Shown: piece by piece, positions 37,201-49,410 of the stretch
How positions within the stretch are numbered: the first letter of the stretch is position 1
Layout: every line of letters begins with the position of its first letter
Origin: Perkinsus chesapeaki ATCC PRA-425
Lineage: Eukaryota; Protista; Perkinsozoa
Direction: 5' to 3'
Assembly (NCBI GenBank): GCA_013115145.1
Contig: JAAPAO010000014.1
Location: forward strand, 1 to 64,000
DNA length: 64,000 nt
Position numbers and translations under genes: made by a program
The notes under the pieces: model-generated
Told to the model about the DNA's origin: nothing
What the model saw: the letters and a program-made list of their open reading frames with translations, nothing else
The model's database searches: none

Positions 37201-38330
37201 TAAAGGTAGATTGAGAAATGAAATCCATTAAAAATCCCTGCCGTTTAAAAATTGGGTTGTCGGTGTATTGTATACCACTCCTAGAGACAATAAATACTTT
37301 TGTAGAGTCCCTGTGACAATGCCTTTTCTTAACTTTATTTTTCCACCAATTATTTTTATCGGTGACCCCAGCGCAATGGCATGCGTGCCGTCTCCAATAC
37401 GCAAGGCATCACACCGTTGCTCATTGGATCTCCGATTATCTCTACTACTCTGCCTGTTTAATATGGCATCTGTCAACTACTGAGACTTGAGTCCTTCCAG
37501 TATTAGAAGATCTCTTACGCATCCCTAGTGGCAGCGGCGCTCCAGAGTTACATAGCGTAAGGCTCGGCCTAGAAGTGTCTCTCGAATAGTCGCCGAATAT
37601 GTGGTTTTCAACGTCCCCGGGTTTCCCCGTGGTAGCGACCAAGCCAAGTTCCCTCAAGAACTATCCAAAAGTTCCATGACTTCCAGTCTCAGGCAACTTG
37701 GGGAAAATGTAAGAAGTTACGAGAACGCAAGTTTCGAACTGGCTCGTACGCATGTACACATTGCATTTTTAAAGGGGGTAATTGACGAGCGTCGAATCTA
37801 CTTCCTCTGCGAGGGGAGCATATGCAATGTGGCTTACTAAAGATGTGCCTGATGCTAAACTGAACATTCTTGTTTTGCACTTAGTAAAATCAATATATAA
37901 GACGTGAAATGTCGCCCAATGTAGAGACCATCTTCGAAAGTACTCGGGTCAGGAGTCCTGATTCAGGACAATGGTTTTGTACCGCAAAGGTACCTGAAAG
38001 TAAGAACACTCCCGCTCATGCTGCAGAGGACTCCACCATGCGTCCTTTGTAACGACATTACTGCGGTGTCTCATGGCGTGAACAACTGCGATGTCGCGCG
38101 GCCGAATAGCTCGGCGGACACAGCCTCAAATGGTGCCCCAAATCTTCAATGATTGGTGAGATCTTTTCTGTGCTTACTTTTATGAGACCCTATTTAAGCC
38201 CAACCTTGCAAGTAACGTCATATCTCCGCATAACTTCGACTCCGTAACACATCGATATAGCGCCATTTTCCTGGAACCAGAACACCGAATAACCTTCCAA
38301 AGGATTTTATTATACTCAGTTTGTATATTA

Positions 38331-39222
38331 ATGGTCCTCACTGCGGTCCAAAAGGAAACGTTTATCAAGTTCAAAGAATCATATCCAACCCGAGGGCTTC
38401 CGCTGGCTAAACGATTATATCCGAAAGAGTTTGCTGAGGTGAACAGCCACGAATGGAGCAGATTAGTCCACGAACTAGGATACGGTCGATACGGGGAAAA
38501 GCGAACAAGAACCTCCACATCGGTAAGATAAAATAAGTATCTCTTAGTAGCATGTTTGTTAGGGGGACACTAGTGGGAACAGAAGGAAGACAGAAGATGG
38601 CGGTGGTGACAGTAGCACTCCGACCCGAACGCCTATGGCGGGATCGAGCTCGGCAACAAGTAGGTTAAGGGGCGTTTTGATTAATTTTCATTAGCTTCAT
38701 TTTCATTGATCATTTTCGGTTAATTGTCGGTTCAGGCGATTCGATGTCGCTACCGGATGGTGTTAATGCTGATTACTGTGCTGTAAGGAACAGTAAATCC
38801 GTTGATGATGGTGACCGGCCGGCGGCTGAGTTCAAACGTGAGTCTGACGGGCGGACTCGGCTCTCATGCGCTTACAGCTACACCATACATGAATTTTTTA
38901 AAGCTGCGATATAAAGAACTGAAGGACCAGGGAGTATTGAAGCTGATAACACCAAAAGAGGTCACTGCTACGGTCTTCTGCGAGTGGGAAGCAATGACCG
39001 AGTGAGTTACACTTCCAAGCTGCATTATCATCATCTCTGTCATCATTTAGAGACCAGCGGAGAGCATACGACAAGACCGACTGCTGCAATAAGCTGCCGA
39101 ATTCGAATACTGTCGACGAGACAGAGGTCATCGTTGAGGAGGAGCCCGCTGCTGCAGATGGATTGATAGCAGCAGCTAAAGAACGTATTGTATCAGCTGA
39201 GCTATGCTCCGATGAAGATTAG
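38331..39222 (+). CDS. HMG-box domain protein (4 predicted exons)
   Basis: Spliced translation ...AEFK|PTPYMNFLKLRYKELKDQGVLKLITPKEVTATVFCEWEAMT|EDQRRAYDK fits the HMG-box pattern (P..Y..F ... W..M/L...Q/E...Y). All introns are GT-AG and phase-compatible; acidic tail. Confidence 0.68.
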
Positions 39223-39559
39223 TCTCTATACTACCTCCTGTGTTGGTCCTTTTGGGTACCGGTCGTCTGTTAGTGTTGGAAGAATATGCAAACAGGGCGA
39301 ATTTCGATTGAGTTGCGTCTTGGTCGGCAGCAGCAACAGCAGCATGTGCATTATAGCAGCAGGAGGTCGGGGCTCCACAGGACGTTATTCATATAAGTTG
39401 TTTGATACAACTTGCTCAGAAATCCATAGCAGGTATTGTAAAGTGTTCAATGTGGGCCGACTATTCGTCCCGTTACAAATCCTGTCGTGCAATTATTATC
39501 GTACGGGAGGATCCTTTGATCCATTCACCACCTGTCTGAGAGGTCTTACTATTTCTTTC

Positions 39560-42353
39560 CCATGCCAACTGCAGCAGCAGCAAGCCTTTCATTAGACCAC
39601 CTAGCTAGGCTTGACATTGCTGAGCTGATCTCACCTTCCGTTACCATCAAGGATACTAAGGCGCCCTTTCCTAGACTAAGAGAGAAGGCCACAGTGAGGC
39701 TGTTGGCTGCTGCTGGTAAGAACGTTCATAAATTCGTTCTCTCATGCGGTTTCCTCAGGCCGAAGTCTGTCCCATAGAGTACTGGAGCAGCGGATTCCTT
39801 CGGGGGAAGGTCCTCAACAGTCGATAGCCAAGCTAAAGTTTATTCATCGAACTCTTGGTTACTTGAGTGTAGGCAACAGCAGCAGCCGCATTATCTTGCT
39901 TTTTCTCCTCCATAGTCCAGCGCATTTCGTCGATTTGGTAGCAAATTTCAAGTTCTCAACCTCTTGATCAAGTTACTCCATATCCAGTATCTCCAATAGC
40001 GTCACTTGTTTATGCTCTAAATTCATCTCCTCAATATCTCCAACACTAGTCCTCATAAGCGAGTCTTACCTATTCCCTACTTTTCGGCGATGAATCCTCA
40101 TGATCGATCCTGCCAATTATTCCCCATGCCTTCTCGGCTGTCTTATCACTCTGTCACTTTCCTTTCCCAGATCAGTCGTTACGTCTCATCTTCCATGAGG
40201 ATCGGTACAGCGCTGACAGGGGCCAGTCGGAAAGGCAAAGCCGTGGGTCCTTGAACACTAGCATCATAGCCATCTTACCTGTCATGCCCTACTCAGCTAG
40301 GTGATGTTCTTTGCATTCGTTGGCTGGGCTGCCCCCTGCGTCGTGCACAGTCTTAAAGACTACACCTGGCTCCTTAACATCTTCCAACGTAAAAGAGGGT
40401 AGTCATGTCGAGGTTGGAGATCTCGTAGGTATAAATGAAATGAATACACCACAGAACAGAACACTTATTGATGAAATCGTCGGTGAATTCGAGCTCGACC
40501 TCAACCTTGAAGATGCTGAACTTTCCGATGCACTATATGATAGTCTAAGGCTTGAGGGAGAGGAAGGCCGCCAAGTGGAGGTCAGCTGCTGCATTCACCT
40601 CTCACGGATGAGCGCTGGGTCAGGCTGAAGGCTTGGCTATTTTATCGGAAGGACTGTCTCAGCTTGTCCAGAAGTTAGTGCCCCAGGAGGGTAACCTCAT
40701 TGCTGCACCCTATAACACTGAGTCAGTCAGAAGGTTAGATAACACAACCATACAGTACCTTCCATTAGGTCTACTGTGCCTGAGGAATGGCTCAGACTGT
40801 ATGCTGAGAAGTACCTTGACCTCGGTCCCTTAGTGAAAGCTGGTCGGTATCCCTGCAGACCTTTGGAAGCCTTTCTGAGGTCTGTTGCTGTTGTGGTACC
40901 CTCACGGGCAGGTAAATGGAGCAGCAGTTATTGACGGGGGATTGAGGGGCGGATATTCTCGGACCTTTTAGACCTCCTTATTGCGCGAATCCGTCGGGTG
41001 CATCTGCTCAATTCACTTGCTAGTCCGCCCATGATTCAAGGGGAAGTCGATGGGCATATTTCCACCTTTGATGGTAGGCTTCACGTCGTGGCTTGGACGA
41101 CTGGCGAATCATTAAAGCACTATATGCTACCCCATTCAAGGGATTTCTACTTGGTGTCAGGAAATGAGCTGGAAGATAACCCGACGGCAGTACGATCGTC
41201 ACCGCGTGGAAGCGTGCTTGTTGAGGGACAGTCTGGGCAAACCCTCACTCGCCCGACTTCGGTATCGTCCTTATTGTCATCCGCGTCTGATCCGACATTG
41301 TTGCCGCAAACCTCGAGAGCCTCGGTAGATGAAGCTCGAGAGGGAAGTTCACTTAATTATTCCATCACGGAGCATGGGTCCCCCAGGCTGAAATGGGGCG
41401 GCCTTATGGCGGCTATGAACTGGGTTAGAGGCAGCGGTAAAGCAGCCGGCATACCAAACCCTCGGGAAGCGAATGGGAGTAGCTATGCGGACAAAGTACC
41501 CTCTCTGACGGGGCGCTTTTCCGCCAAGGTTATCGTACCACCCATGGTGCCTTATCCGGTGGGTACTGACATGGCTGAGCCTGTGAGTGATGATAGTCTA
41601 CAAGGTCTACAACACCAAACTGTACCAAGGTTGGAGGAGGGTCGAGGTAACGATGCGGCGGAGGACACCAAGTGTGATCCCAGATGGTCGGGAAGAGGGC
41701 AACTGGTGGAGGAGAGTGAGACCATTACGGACCATGACGTCCAGGAGGACCCCGGGGCGACTGAGAGCGGTGACGGGGCCATTTCGAAGCAGCAGAATGC
41801 ACGAGCTCATAGGAGGCCGGTGAATGCGGTGAACATGCGTTGTGGGTTCGAGTCGGTGGAGGAGCTTGAGCAAGCACTCAATGCCAAGAGGAGTTCTCTG
41901 GGCTTGGATGAAGAAGGCGCCGGCAATCGCATTGAGGAGAAAGTGGCTCGGTCTAGGGCTATATCTCAAGCTGGGCATACAGCCTTCGCGTCGGAGTTGC
42001 AGGCCAAGGCGGCTGAGATGCACCGAAGGATAGAGTCCTGGGGATCCTCATCACCGCCAGCTCCTCCTCCCGCAGTTGATGCCCACAATATCGAAGAGAT
42101 CGTCACAAGGTCGCTCGTCTGGGATGGTATGGATCCCATGGAGGCTCGGATTGTGGCGAAGAAGGTTGGTAAACGCAGAGTAGCAGAAGTCCTAGAGCGA
42201 CTTGCGAGTCACTCCGAGAAGGAGCCAGTGGATACCGAAGAGGTTGCGAGGCTACGAGCGATAGAGTCGGGCCGAGGAAGAAAGCAGCCGTGGGGATTGC
42301 TGAAGTTTGCGAGCCATGGCAAGTCCGAATCTAGGCGGGACGGTTTCAAATAG
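39560..42353 (+). CDS. Hypothetical protein with a long, low-complexity, probably disordered final exon
   Basis: 451-codon ORF 40998..42353 (Ser/Glu/Gly-rich, helical C-terminus), plus upstream exon-like pieces (ELISPSVTIKD..., DEIVGEFELDLNLED...). The 5' end is not resolved. Confidence 0.5.
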
Positions 42354-43376
42354 TGATATGATGGCCAGATATTAGTAACTAATGCCAGATAATTAGCAGC
42401 CATGCTTTAGCATAAGGTCTCATCCATGGATCCGACCGCCTTGTGTTATAGTTGAGATGTATGACGAGCTGTCTACTAGACATCTTCCCCGCCCCCACGC
42501 CTAGACACTGTCTAGGGGAAAGATAGGAGGCCACCGGGCGACACCACTATTCTGGAGAGTAGTAGAATAGCTACTCTGAGTAGCCTACGGACTCTCTGAC
42601 CAGCGCCATTCCTGTTGTTAATGGCGCTGAATTGCTCATTCGATAACCATGACTTATCGGCAGCAGCTGTATTTTGTTGGCCGTAATACGCTCTCGAACC
42701 TCCCCAGAGCGCTGAACCTACGCTCAGGCTACCAGAGTCTGGTAGGAGGACAAGAAGCTTGGTGGGGAAAATAGCACGACTGTAGACAAGAAATACAAGA
42801 ATCGGACGCTGCCGTATACAAAGGGCAGCCCGCCGGGCTCCCGGTAACACAATCCGTGATGCGTTCGAAAAAATCGAAGCTACAATCGGCTCCGCGTCGT
42901 CGCTAAGGCCATAGGGCATTGTTGCCTGGTCAGCAATGCTGCCTTGTAAGCAACCGAAGGGAGCCAAATGTACGCGAGCGCGTGTCTAAGGACCCATGCT
43001 CAAACCGCCCTCATGCACCTGTCCCTTTCCTGCCAACCCAGGGGTCCACGTGCCTCCTTTGTCCGCTCGCAAGCTGATTGCCCATCATTGGCTAGAGCCC
43101 TTCAGTTCTCACTGCCCCAGTGGTGAGATGCTCGATGCCTACGCGTCTGCACGCCGGCGCCGGCGCCAGTGCTTGTGTTGGGAGGAGTCCTTTGCGGGCG
43201 ATGCGGACTGTCGGAGCGACGGGTGCCTCGTTATCATCAGGGTAGCCCGCACTAAATCGGTAGGCGGTTCCAGCCGTCATGTCACGTGATATTGCCATTC
43301 CTAGCATCTCCAACGTTTCTTGTTCGATAGTAATTTCTCAGAATTCCGCACTGACTTTTGCTTTAGTAGTGGCCCA

Positions 43377-45005
43377 ATGCGCCTCTTCTTGCTATGGCTT
43401 TTGCGTCCGGCCCCGATTGCGTCGTTGCCGAGCTCATCAATCCCTAACTGTGGCACCGCGTGTACCATCAGCGTCAGTCCATATACTCTAGCCAGAAGCG
43501 GCGATCCGCTGCACCTTGAATGGTCTGTCCCTTCCAACAATATATCTGCTGGTTGGATAGGCTTTTTCGCTCCACCATTCCACTCGGAATCGCACGACGA
43601 CTACATCATGCGTTTCCTCCCCGAATCGATTGGTGCCTCAGAGCACACAGTCTCTCTGACCAACGTGAGGTCTCAGTACTACGACATCCGTTATATCTCG
43701 AATGAGACCGGGAAGTGCCTTTGCCGGGCCGATTCGAAGATTGAATTTGCCATGGGCAGTTACGAGCCAGCTCAAGGACACGTTAGTATCGACATAACAA
43801 CTGGAGCTCTTAGAGTCCACTGGGTCAGCGATGACCCTAGCCCCGGGTATGTCGAGTACAAGTCACCGGGTAGTGCTGAATGGCTCATAAGGCACGCATC
43901 TGTTAGCACTTATGGTCATGAAGACATGTGCGGGGTTGATGCTGCGAAGTACTACGATCCAGGTCTCTTCTATGTGGCAACTTTACCAGATAGCTTCCCA
44001 GAGGGGACTGAAATAACCGTTCGCTTCGGCAGTGCGAAAAGACGGTCTCGGGCCTACACTGTGAGAGTTCCCTTAAAAGAAGGGTCGAGTAAAACCCATA
44101 GTGTTGCGCTGTTCGGCGATATGGGTGTTCAGGGCTACTACCGCGGGCCCGATAAGGTGGATGTGCCGAGTGGACGCTGGGACACGTATTGGGTAGTGGA
44201 CCATCTGCGATCGAATTCGAGGCTCAGCATGGCGTTACACATCGGTGACGTATCCTATGCCATGGGGCGGTCACGAGTCTGGGATATGTTCGGTACAGCT
44301 GTGGAAGAAGTATCTATGAAGATGCCGTACATGGTAAGCATCGGTAATCATGAGTTTGACTATTCCAGTGGAGGATGGCATCCATCTTGGGGCAACTTTG
44401 GTTCTGATTCTGGTGGTGAATGTGGTATACCAACTAAACACAGATATAAATTCCCTAATTGGTGGTATTCATTCTCATTTGGTATAGTACGATATTTTAT
44501 GTTGTCATCAGAGCATGATTGGACAGAAGGAAGTGAACAATGGAAATGGTTGAATGAAGAATTATCAAAAGTTAATAGGTTGATTACACCATGGGTTATA
44601 GTCACCTCCCATCGTCCTATGCTGGTGTCTGCCTTCGATCCTGATGAGCGAGCTGTCGAGGATCATATGTACCCTGCACTGGGGCCTCTGCTTCTCAAGC
44701 ATAAAGTTAACCTTTTTGTTGGAGGCCACTGGCACTACTACGAGAGGACTCACCCAGTTAATGGGACAGTCCACGTGATCGCAGGTAGCGCTGGAGCATT
44801 CGACGTAGGTGATATATTTGAGGATCTCGAGAGGGTCGCCATTAGATGGCCTGACGTTCGTGGCTATCTTGAGCTCAGTATCAGCCCAACCCAGCTTGAG
44901 GGTGTCTTTTGGGGCATAAACGATACAATGGCAGATAGAAAAATGAAAGAGTTCGATCATTTTATCGTTCTTCCTTGGCATGAGGACCAACTAACAATTA
45001 TGTGA
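43377..45005 (+). CDS. Purple acid phosphatase-family metallophosphoesterase, PAP1 (intronless)
   Basis: All five motif blocks: GDMG, GDVSY, GNHE, VTSHRP, GHWH. FN3-like N-terminal region (RVHWVS) and leader MRLFLLWLL. A pyrimidine tract + AG (ttttgctttag) lies just upstream of the ATG. Confidence 0.93.
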   Translation: MRLFLLWLLRPAPIASLPSSSIPNCGTACTISVSPYTLARSGDPLHLEWSVPSNNISAGWIGFFAPPFHSESHDDYIMRFLPESIGASEHTVSLTNVRSQYYDIRYISNETGKCLCRADSKIEFAMGSYEPAQGHVSIDITTGALRVHWVSDDPSPGYVEYKSPGSAEWLIRHASVSTYGHEDMCGVDAAKYYDPGLFYVATLPDSFPEGTEITVRFGSAKRRSRAYTVRVPLKEGSSKTHSVALFGDMGVQGYYRGPDKVDVPSGRWDTYWVVDHLRSNSRLSMALHIGDVSYAMGRSRVWDMFGTAVEEVSMKMPYMVSIGNHEFDYSSGGWHPSWGNFGSDSGGECGIPTKHRYKFPNWWYSFSFGIVRYFMLSSEHDWTEGSEQWKWLNEELSKVNRLITPWVIVTSHRPMLVSAFDPDERAVEDHMYPALGPLLLKHKVNLFVGGHWHYYERTHPVNGTVHVIAGSAGAFDVGDIFEDLERVAIRWPDVRGYLELSISPTQLEGVFWGINDTMADRKMKEFDHFIVLPWHEDQLTIM

Positions 45006-45580
45006 TATGGCCCACATCATGTGGGTTGTGTCGGATTGTGTCATGTCCTCGATTCCCTATAGATATCCTGTCCGTGTTATAATAAAGTCTTCGTATCTTT
45101 GTCATGGCTCGTTATGATGTACTATTGGTACCTCGTTTGTCTTTTGTTATTGGCACGAAAGCTATGCGTCCATTTTACGCCCCTATTGTGTTTCTAACCT
45201 GTCAATGGTAACTGTGAAGTATAAACTTCAGTCAATCATGAGCTGCCTACAGCCATAAACTGACCAAAAGGAACTTATGGAGAAAACGACTGAAGGGATC
45301 TAGGATAACCCACTGAGTCTTTGTTCGATTATCATATCTTCCCCCTATTTTATTGTTAAATGATAAGAATATGCGGTTATGAGACTAAGATTATGCCCCT
45401 ACGGCTGATTAGCCCCGCACAACGCCGGACAGCTAGAGCAGAACGCATGCGCACGAATAAACGATGATACTCGAAGATATCCATAGGAAAAGCCAACTTA
45501 ATGTGTTGAGAAAGTTAGCATACGGCAGATTGTACAGGACGATAAGATTCAGTTGAAACTTTTTCCGGCGAGAGTCATTA

Positions 45581-47559
45581 ATGGAGGAAATCAACTTCCG
45601 TGTTGCCGGGAGAATGCACGGTGGTCGCCTATGGTTGGGTTCTACCCACGAACCTCATCACGAAGCTTCTCAAGGAAACTCACCCCCGAGCATACCGTCA
45701 AGGCTTGAGACAGTTCTTAATAAGGTGCCGAGAGAGCCTAAAGGCTTTGGCAGTGAGGCTTCTCGCTTCGAGGCATCGCGGGGGCCTGATGGACCAGGAC
45801 CCGGCGAGTAAGTTTGATCACCCCACCTGTTGCGATGAATTTCCAGGCTTGAACTAAAAAGACGTATCAGATACGTAGGCGTTACCAAAAGGCGGCCTTT
45901 CGGCCATGACATGCTCACCTCGGATAGCTGGTCAAAAAAAGGAACAGGGTCGTTTGCTTCAAAGTCGACGAGGTTCAGTAGATGGCAGCGAGCTGGCGGT
46001 GTCGTCCCAGGTCAGTGACCTTCCCTCTCTTGCCTCACCTCACTCATCCTTCATCATCAGGTCCAGGTGCCTACGATACACCTGATTCAGCCAGTCGTTC
46101 CATTCCGTCAAGTTATGTTGGAACTCTATCCGGTGGTGGAAGGGTTGATAGAGTGCCGGAGTCGAAGCCAGGTCCAGGTCACTATGAGCCCCGCTACCCA
46201 TATTTTACCGGAGTACACACGGCCGTGCTGAGTATGAGCAACCCCAGAGGTTCCGCAACTCTGCAGAAGAGCCTGCCGGGACCTGGAACGTACGATCCAA
46301 AGATACCCTGCAGACTTGAAAAGAACTGCCCATCGAAAGTAGCCGCGCCGTCGGTTCGACCATCGACAAGTCCATGTAGAAGTATATTAGGACTGAGTAA
46401 ACTGGCCAACTCAGATAGTGTGAGAAGCCGGGCTTCCGCTGGTATCGGTCGTTAACTCTTCGCTCAAGAGTCTTCGGTGTCATACAGTACTTTCTCGACG
46501 AAGAGTCGCCACCTTGCAACTATCAATGCTGCTATTAAGATGCTCCTAGCTTTCTCTGTCAGATACGCCGCATCAACGCTAGTGTCTTGGATAAGGAATC
46601 CCATCCTCTGTCCCCTGAGCCTGGCCCCGGACATTATAATGGTGATCTTTCGTGTGCTACACGACCTACCGTTCATCTGGGTGTTGTACCTATAGTAGGA
46701 CTCTGTTTTGGGAACCGTGTTTCCAGCTTCGGTGTGAGAGGCTTATAATTGGCGTTGCAGCTTTGAGCACGACTTGCAGCGTGCCATCTTGTTGTTAAAC
46801 CAGTCCGGCTCACTTACCGCTCAGTGGGCTGTATACTGAGATCGGCTATGAGGTCGATTTATGACCTGGATTGTCTAGTATTCTAAATCAGACGCATAAG
46901 TATCATCTCATTGAGTCCCAACGGTTGAGATGTCATACCCTCTCCTTCATGTTCAGCTTTCAATGATCATTTACCTCGCTAATTTAGAAACTGCGAGATG
47001 CTATAGAATCTACATGGACCGTGCACGGCCCCACTGGACGGATTTGACATGTTGCTTGGGTTGCTATCATAGCGTCAATGCCCACCCTGTGACAATGTCA
47101 AGCCCGTTAGCTATTCCTTGACGTTTGAGTAACATCTCTCAGTTAAATTGGCGCCCCTTCCCGTGGATTTCTCAAGCAAGTTCAGCAGTGCGTTTCAAAA
47201 ACCTGTGAATGGCTCATTAGCCACTAGAGACTTCTTCGCCCGAGAAGATCGAGCACAAACACCGGGCCCAGGTGAACCGAATGCTATATCTCGACTCATG
47301 CCCTCCAGTGGTTCGTGCTTGCGAAATCTTTCCAGACCTGCTTGTAGAGCTGCTGCTCATGTTAGGTGAGTATGCGGTACAACTCAGACGACACGTGGAT
47401 AACAGAGCAAGTGCGGGATTCTTATCATCCTCAATTCAAAGAAATCTACTCCCTCCATCAACTGGTGCTCCTGGACCAGCGTATTATGAAAGAGTGGCCG
47501 ATGCAAGTACGATTCAACGCTTACTCTACATTCTGAGGGCTATTATAAGATTACATTAA
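45581..47559 (+). CDS. Sperm-tail PG-rich repeat (STPG/SHIPPO-type) protein, resembling STPG1, multi-exon
   Basis: Repeated PGPG(A/H/T)Y units, SIPSRLETV...GFGSEASRF, SKKGTGSFASKSTRF. Introns interrupt the PG|PG motifs. The 3' end is approximate. Confidence 0.78.
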
Positions 47560-48201
47560 CAACGGCAGGGACGAGCTAGTGTTTGCTGAGTATTGAACTT
47601 TAACTGTTTTCTATCGTAGTTCAGTCTGGTGTCATTAGCAAAGAGGCAGTGAAATATTTGCCTATTTAGGTCCGTCCTTCAAGAGGAGTTTCCATGTAAA
47701 GAACTCAAAACCGTGGGTGTATTGACATAACGGAAATGAAGCCATGTCAGCCGCACAATGGGTTTGCGTTGAAGAACCGATTGAGAATCGGCAGATGTTG
47801 CATTCTCCACCAAAGGTATAAGCTCGACCAGAGTGAGAAGGTTGCGTGTTCTATATATATTCTAAGCGATATCATGATTCGTCCCAAATCCCGATTCGGA
47901 TATCGGATGATAAACATGCATCGTCGAGTAAGGCTTCCCGCAGGCCATATTCGCTCCCCCACTTCTCCATAGACGGTCTCGAGACATGTATCATGTCACA
48001 TGATACAGAAATTCGTTGCTCTTCACTTTCGAACCTGATACCACTGATGCCATATAAGGATTTCCTCGGCAGACCGCGTGATGCCGTTTCAACTTGGAAC
48101 CTTGAAAACCTTCGGGCGGTGCAAGACAAAGTTCCCCATCATATGTCTTGTTTCGGGGATAAATGAAGTCCTTTTGTAGTACTTTACGTATCGGCCTTAT
48201 A

Positions 48202-49410
48202 ATGTTACAAGTTTCCCAACGGCGGCTCTTTGCCTTGTGGCTTTTGTGTCGGAAAGATACGTGGGGAAAGGTTTTGAGGCTTCCTTTGTCGAGAGAGATT
48301 ATCGAGTGGCCCGATTGGTACAACGAGGCCTTGATCTCGGAAATTACAGTGGATGGTCAAAGCCTGAAAGCTATGGTGGACACCGGCACGGATGAAACTT
48401 TCTTCATTTCCAGTCAATCTTTCATCGATGGCAAGTTGTGCGATGAACTGTTTTATGGTTGTTATCAATGCAGGCCTGAAGTTTGTGCTGCTGAATCTAC
48501 GGGAATTGAGTTCAAGGACGGCAGAAGGGTGAATCTCGTTCCTCACAGTGGTACCTTGGACTTTGGTCAAGAGAGAGTCACAGAAATGAAATTTGGTATA
48601 ATTAAGGACTACTTCGGGTTACCACATCATGCATCACTAGGCCTAGCACCCAAACCCGAAGATGATAATGAAGACTTCATCCCTCTATTGGACCAACTTG
48701 TGGACAAGAAGCTTATAGCCAAGAGGGAGTTTTCAATGTATTTTGAGCCAGACAATATTAATAAAGGCGAGTTAATCCTTGGTGGGAAAGATATCACGAT
48801 ATACCAGGAGCCCTCGCTACAAGTTCCTCTCACGGTTGGGAAAAACACGTGGAGGGTTGACCTTAAAGATATTACGATAGGTGGAAAGCTAATCCAGTCG
48901 GCGCGGAGTAGTTATTCGATCTTGGTAGACAGCGGGGCTGACTGTTTGTTCGGTCCACTAGAAGTGGTTCGACCAGTACTGGCAGTCATCGAGGCTAGCC
49001 TTACGGTTGTCGGTCGCAGTATTAAATTTAACTGGGACGGCTTTGATGGTCGTGATCTACAAAGCTGTGATGACCGCAAGTATCTACCATCAATCAAGCT
49101 TACATTCCGAGGAGAATCAGATACTGATGTGATCCTCGAAATACCTAGCGAGCTCTATGTCCGAGAATCACCCAACGGTCATTCGTGTACTCTTCTAATC
49201 AAAGAGGTTCCCAGGGGATTTGCTGTTGGTGTCAGCCTCCTGCGCAAGTATCATCTCCACTTCCAAGTAGACAAGCGTCAGATCGGCTTCGCCTTGTCAA
49301 AAGGGGAATCCAGGAAGCAGACAACTTACCGAAAACGACGTTTGAAAGGGCTTAAGCTGCCGAAGCTCCGTTCATGTCTCGGCTGTATATCACCATTACT
49401 CGTCTATTGA
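48202..49410 (+). CDS. Pepsin-like (A1) aspartyl protease, intronless
   Basis: Two catalytic motifs, AMVDTGT and ILVDSGA; SLGLA, FSMYF, GELILGG, VSLLRKYHLHF..IGFA. Leader from the ATG at 48202. Confidence 0.9.
   Translation: MLQVSQRRLFALWLLCRKDTWGKVLRLPLSREIIEWPDWYNEALISEITVDGQSLKAMVDTGTDETFFISSQSFIDGKLCDELFYGCYQCRPEVCAAESTGIEFKDGRRVNLVPHSGTLDFGQERVTEMKFGIIKDYFGLPHHASLGLAPKPEDDNEDFIPLLDQLVDKKLIAKREFSMYFEPDNINKGELILGGKDITIYQEPSLQVPLTVGKNTWRVDLKDITIGGKLIQSARSSYSILVDSGADCLFGPLEVVRPVLAVIEASLTVVGRSIKFNWDGFDGRDLQSCDDRKYLPSIKLTFRGESDTDVILEIPSELYVRESPNGHSCTLLIKEVPRGFAVGVSLLRKYHLHFQVDKRQIGFALSKGESRKQTTYRKRRLKGLKLPKLRSCLGCISPLLVY

Noticed and set aside
42512-43313. Small minus-strand gene between the hypothetical gene and PAP1
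   Set aside because: Overlapping short ORFs on both strands; I could not build a consistent spliced model or find a motif.
44360-44990. Antisense ORFs over the PAP genes (also 51696-52218, 54945-55374) and over the transporter (59279-59599) and first ORF (896-1320)
   Set aside because: Shadow frames of real genes; their recurrence only reflects the duplicated sense-strand sequence.
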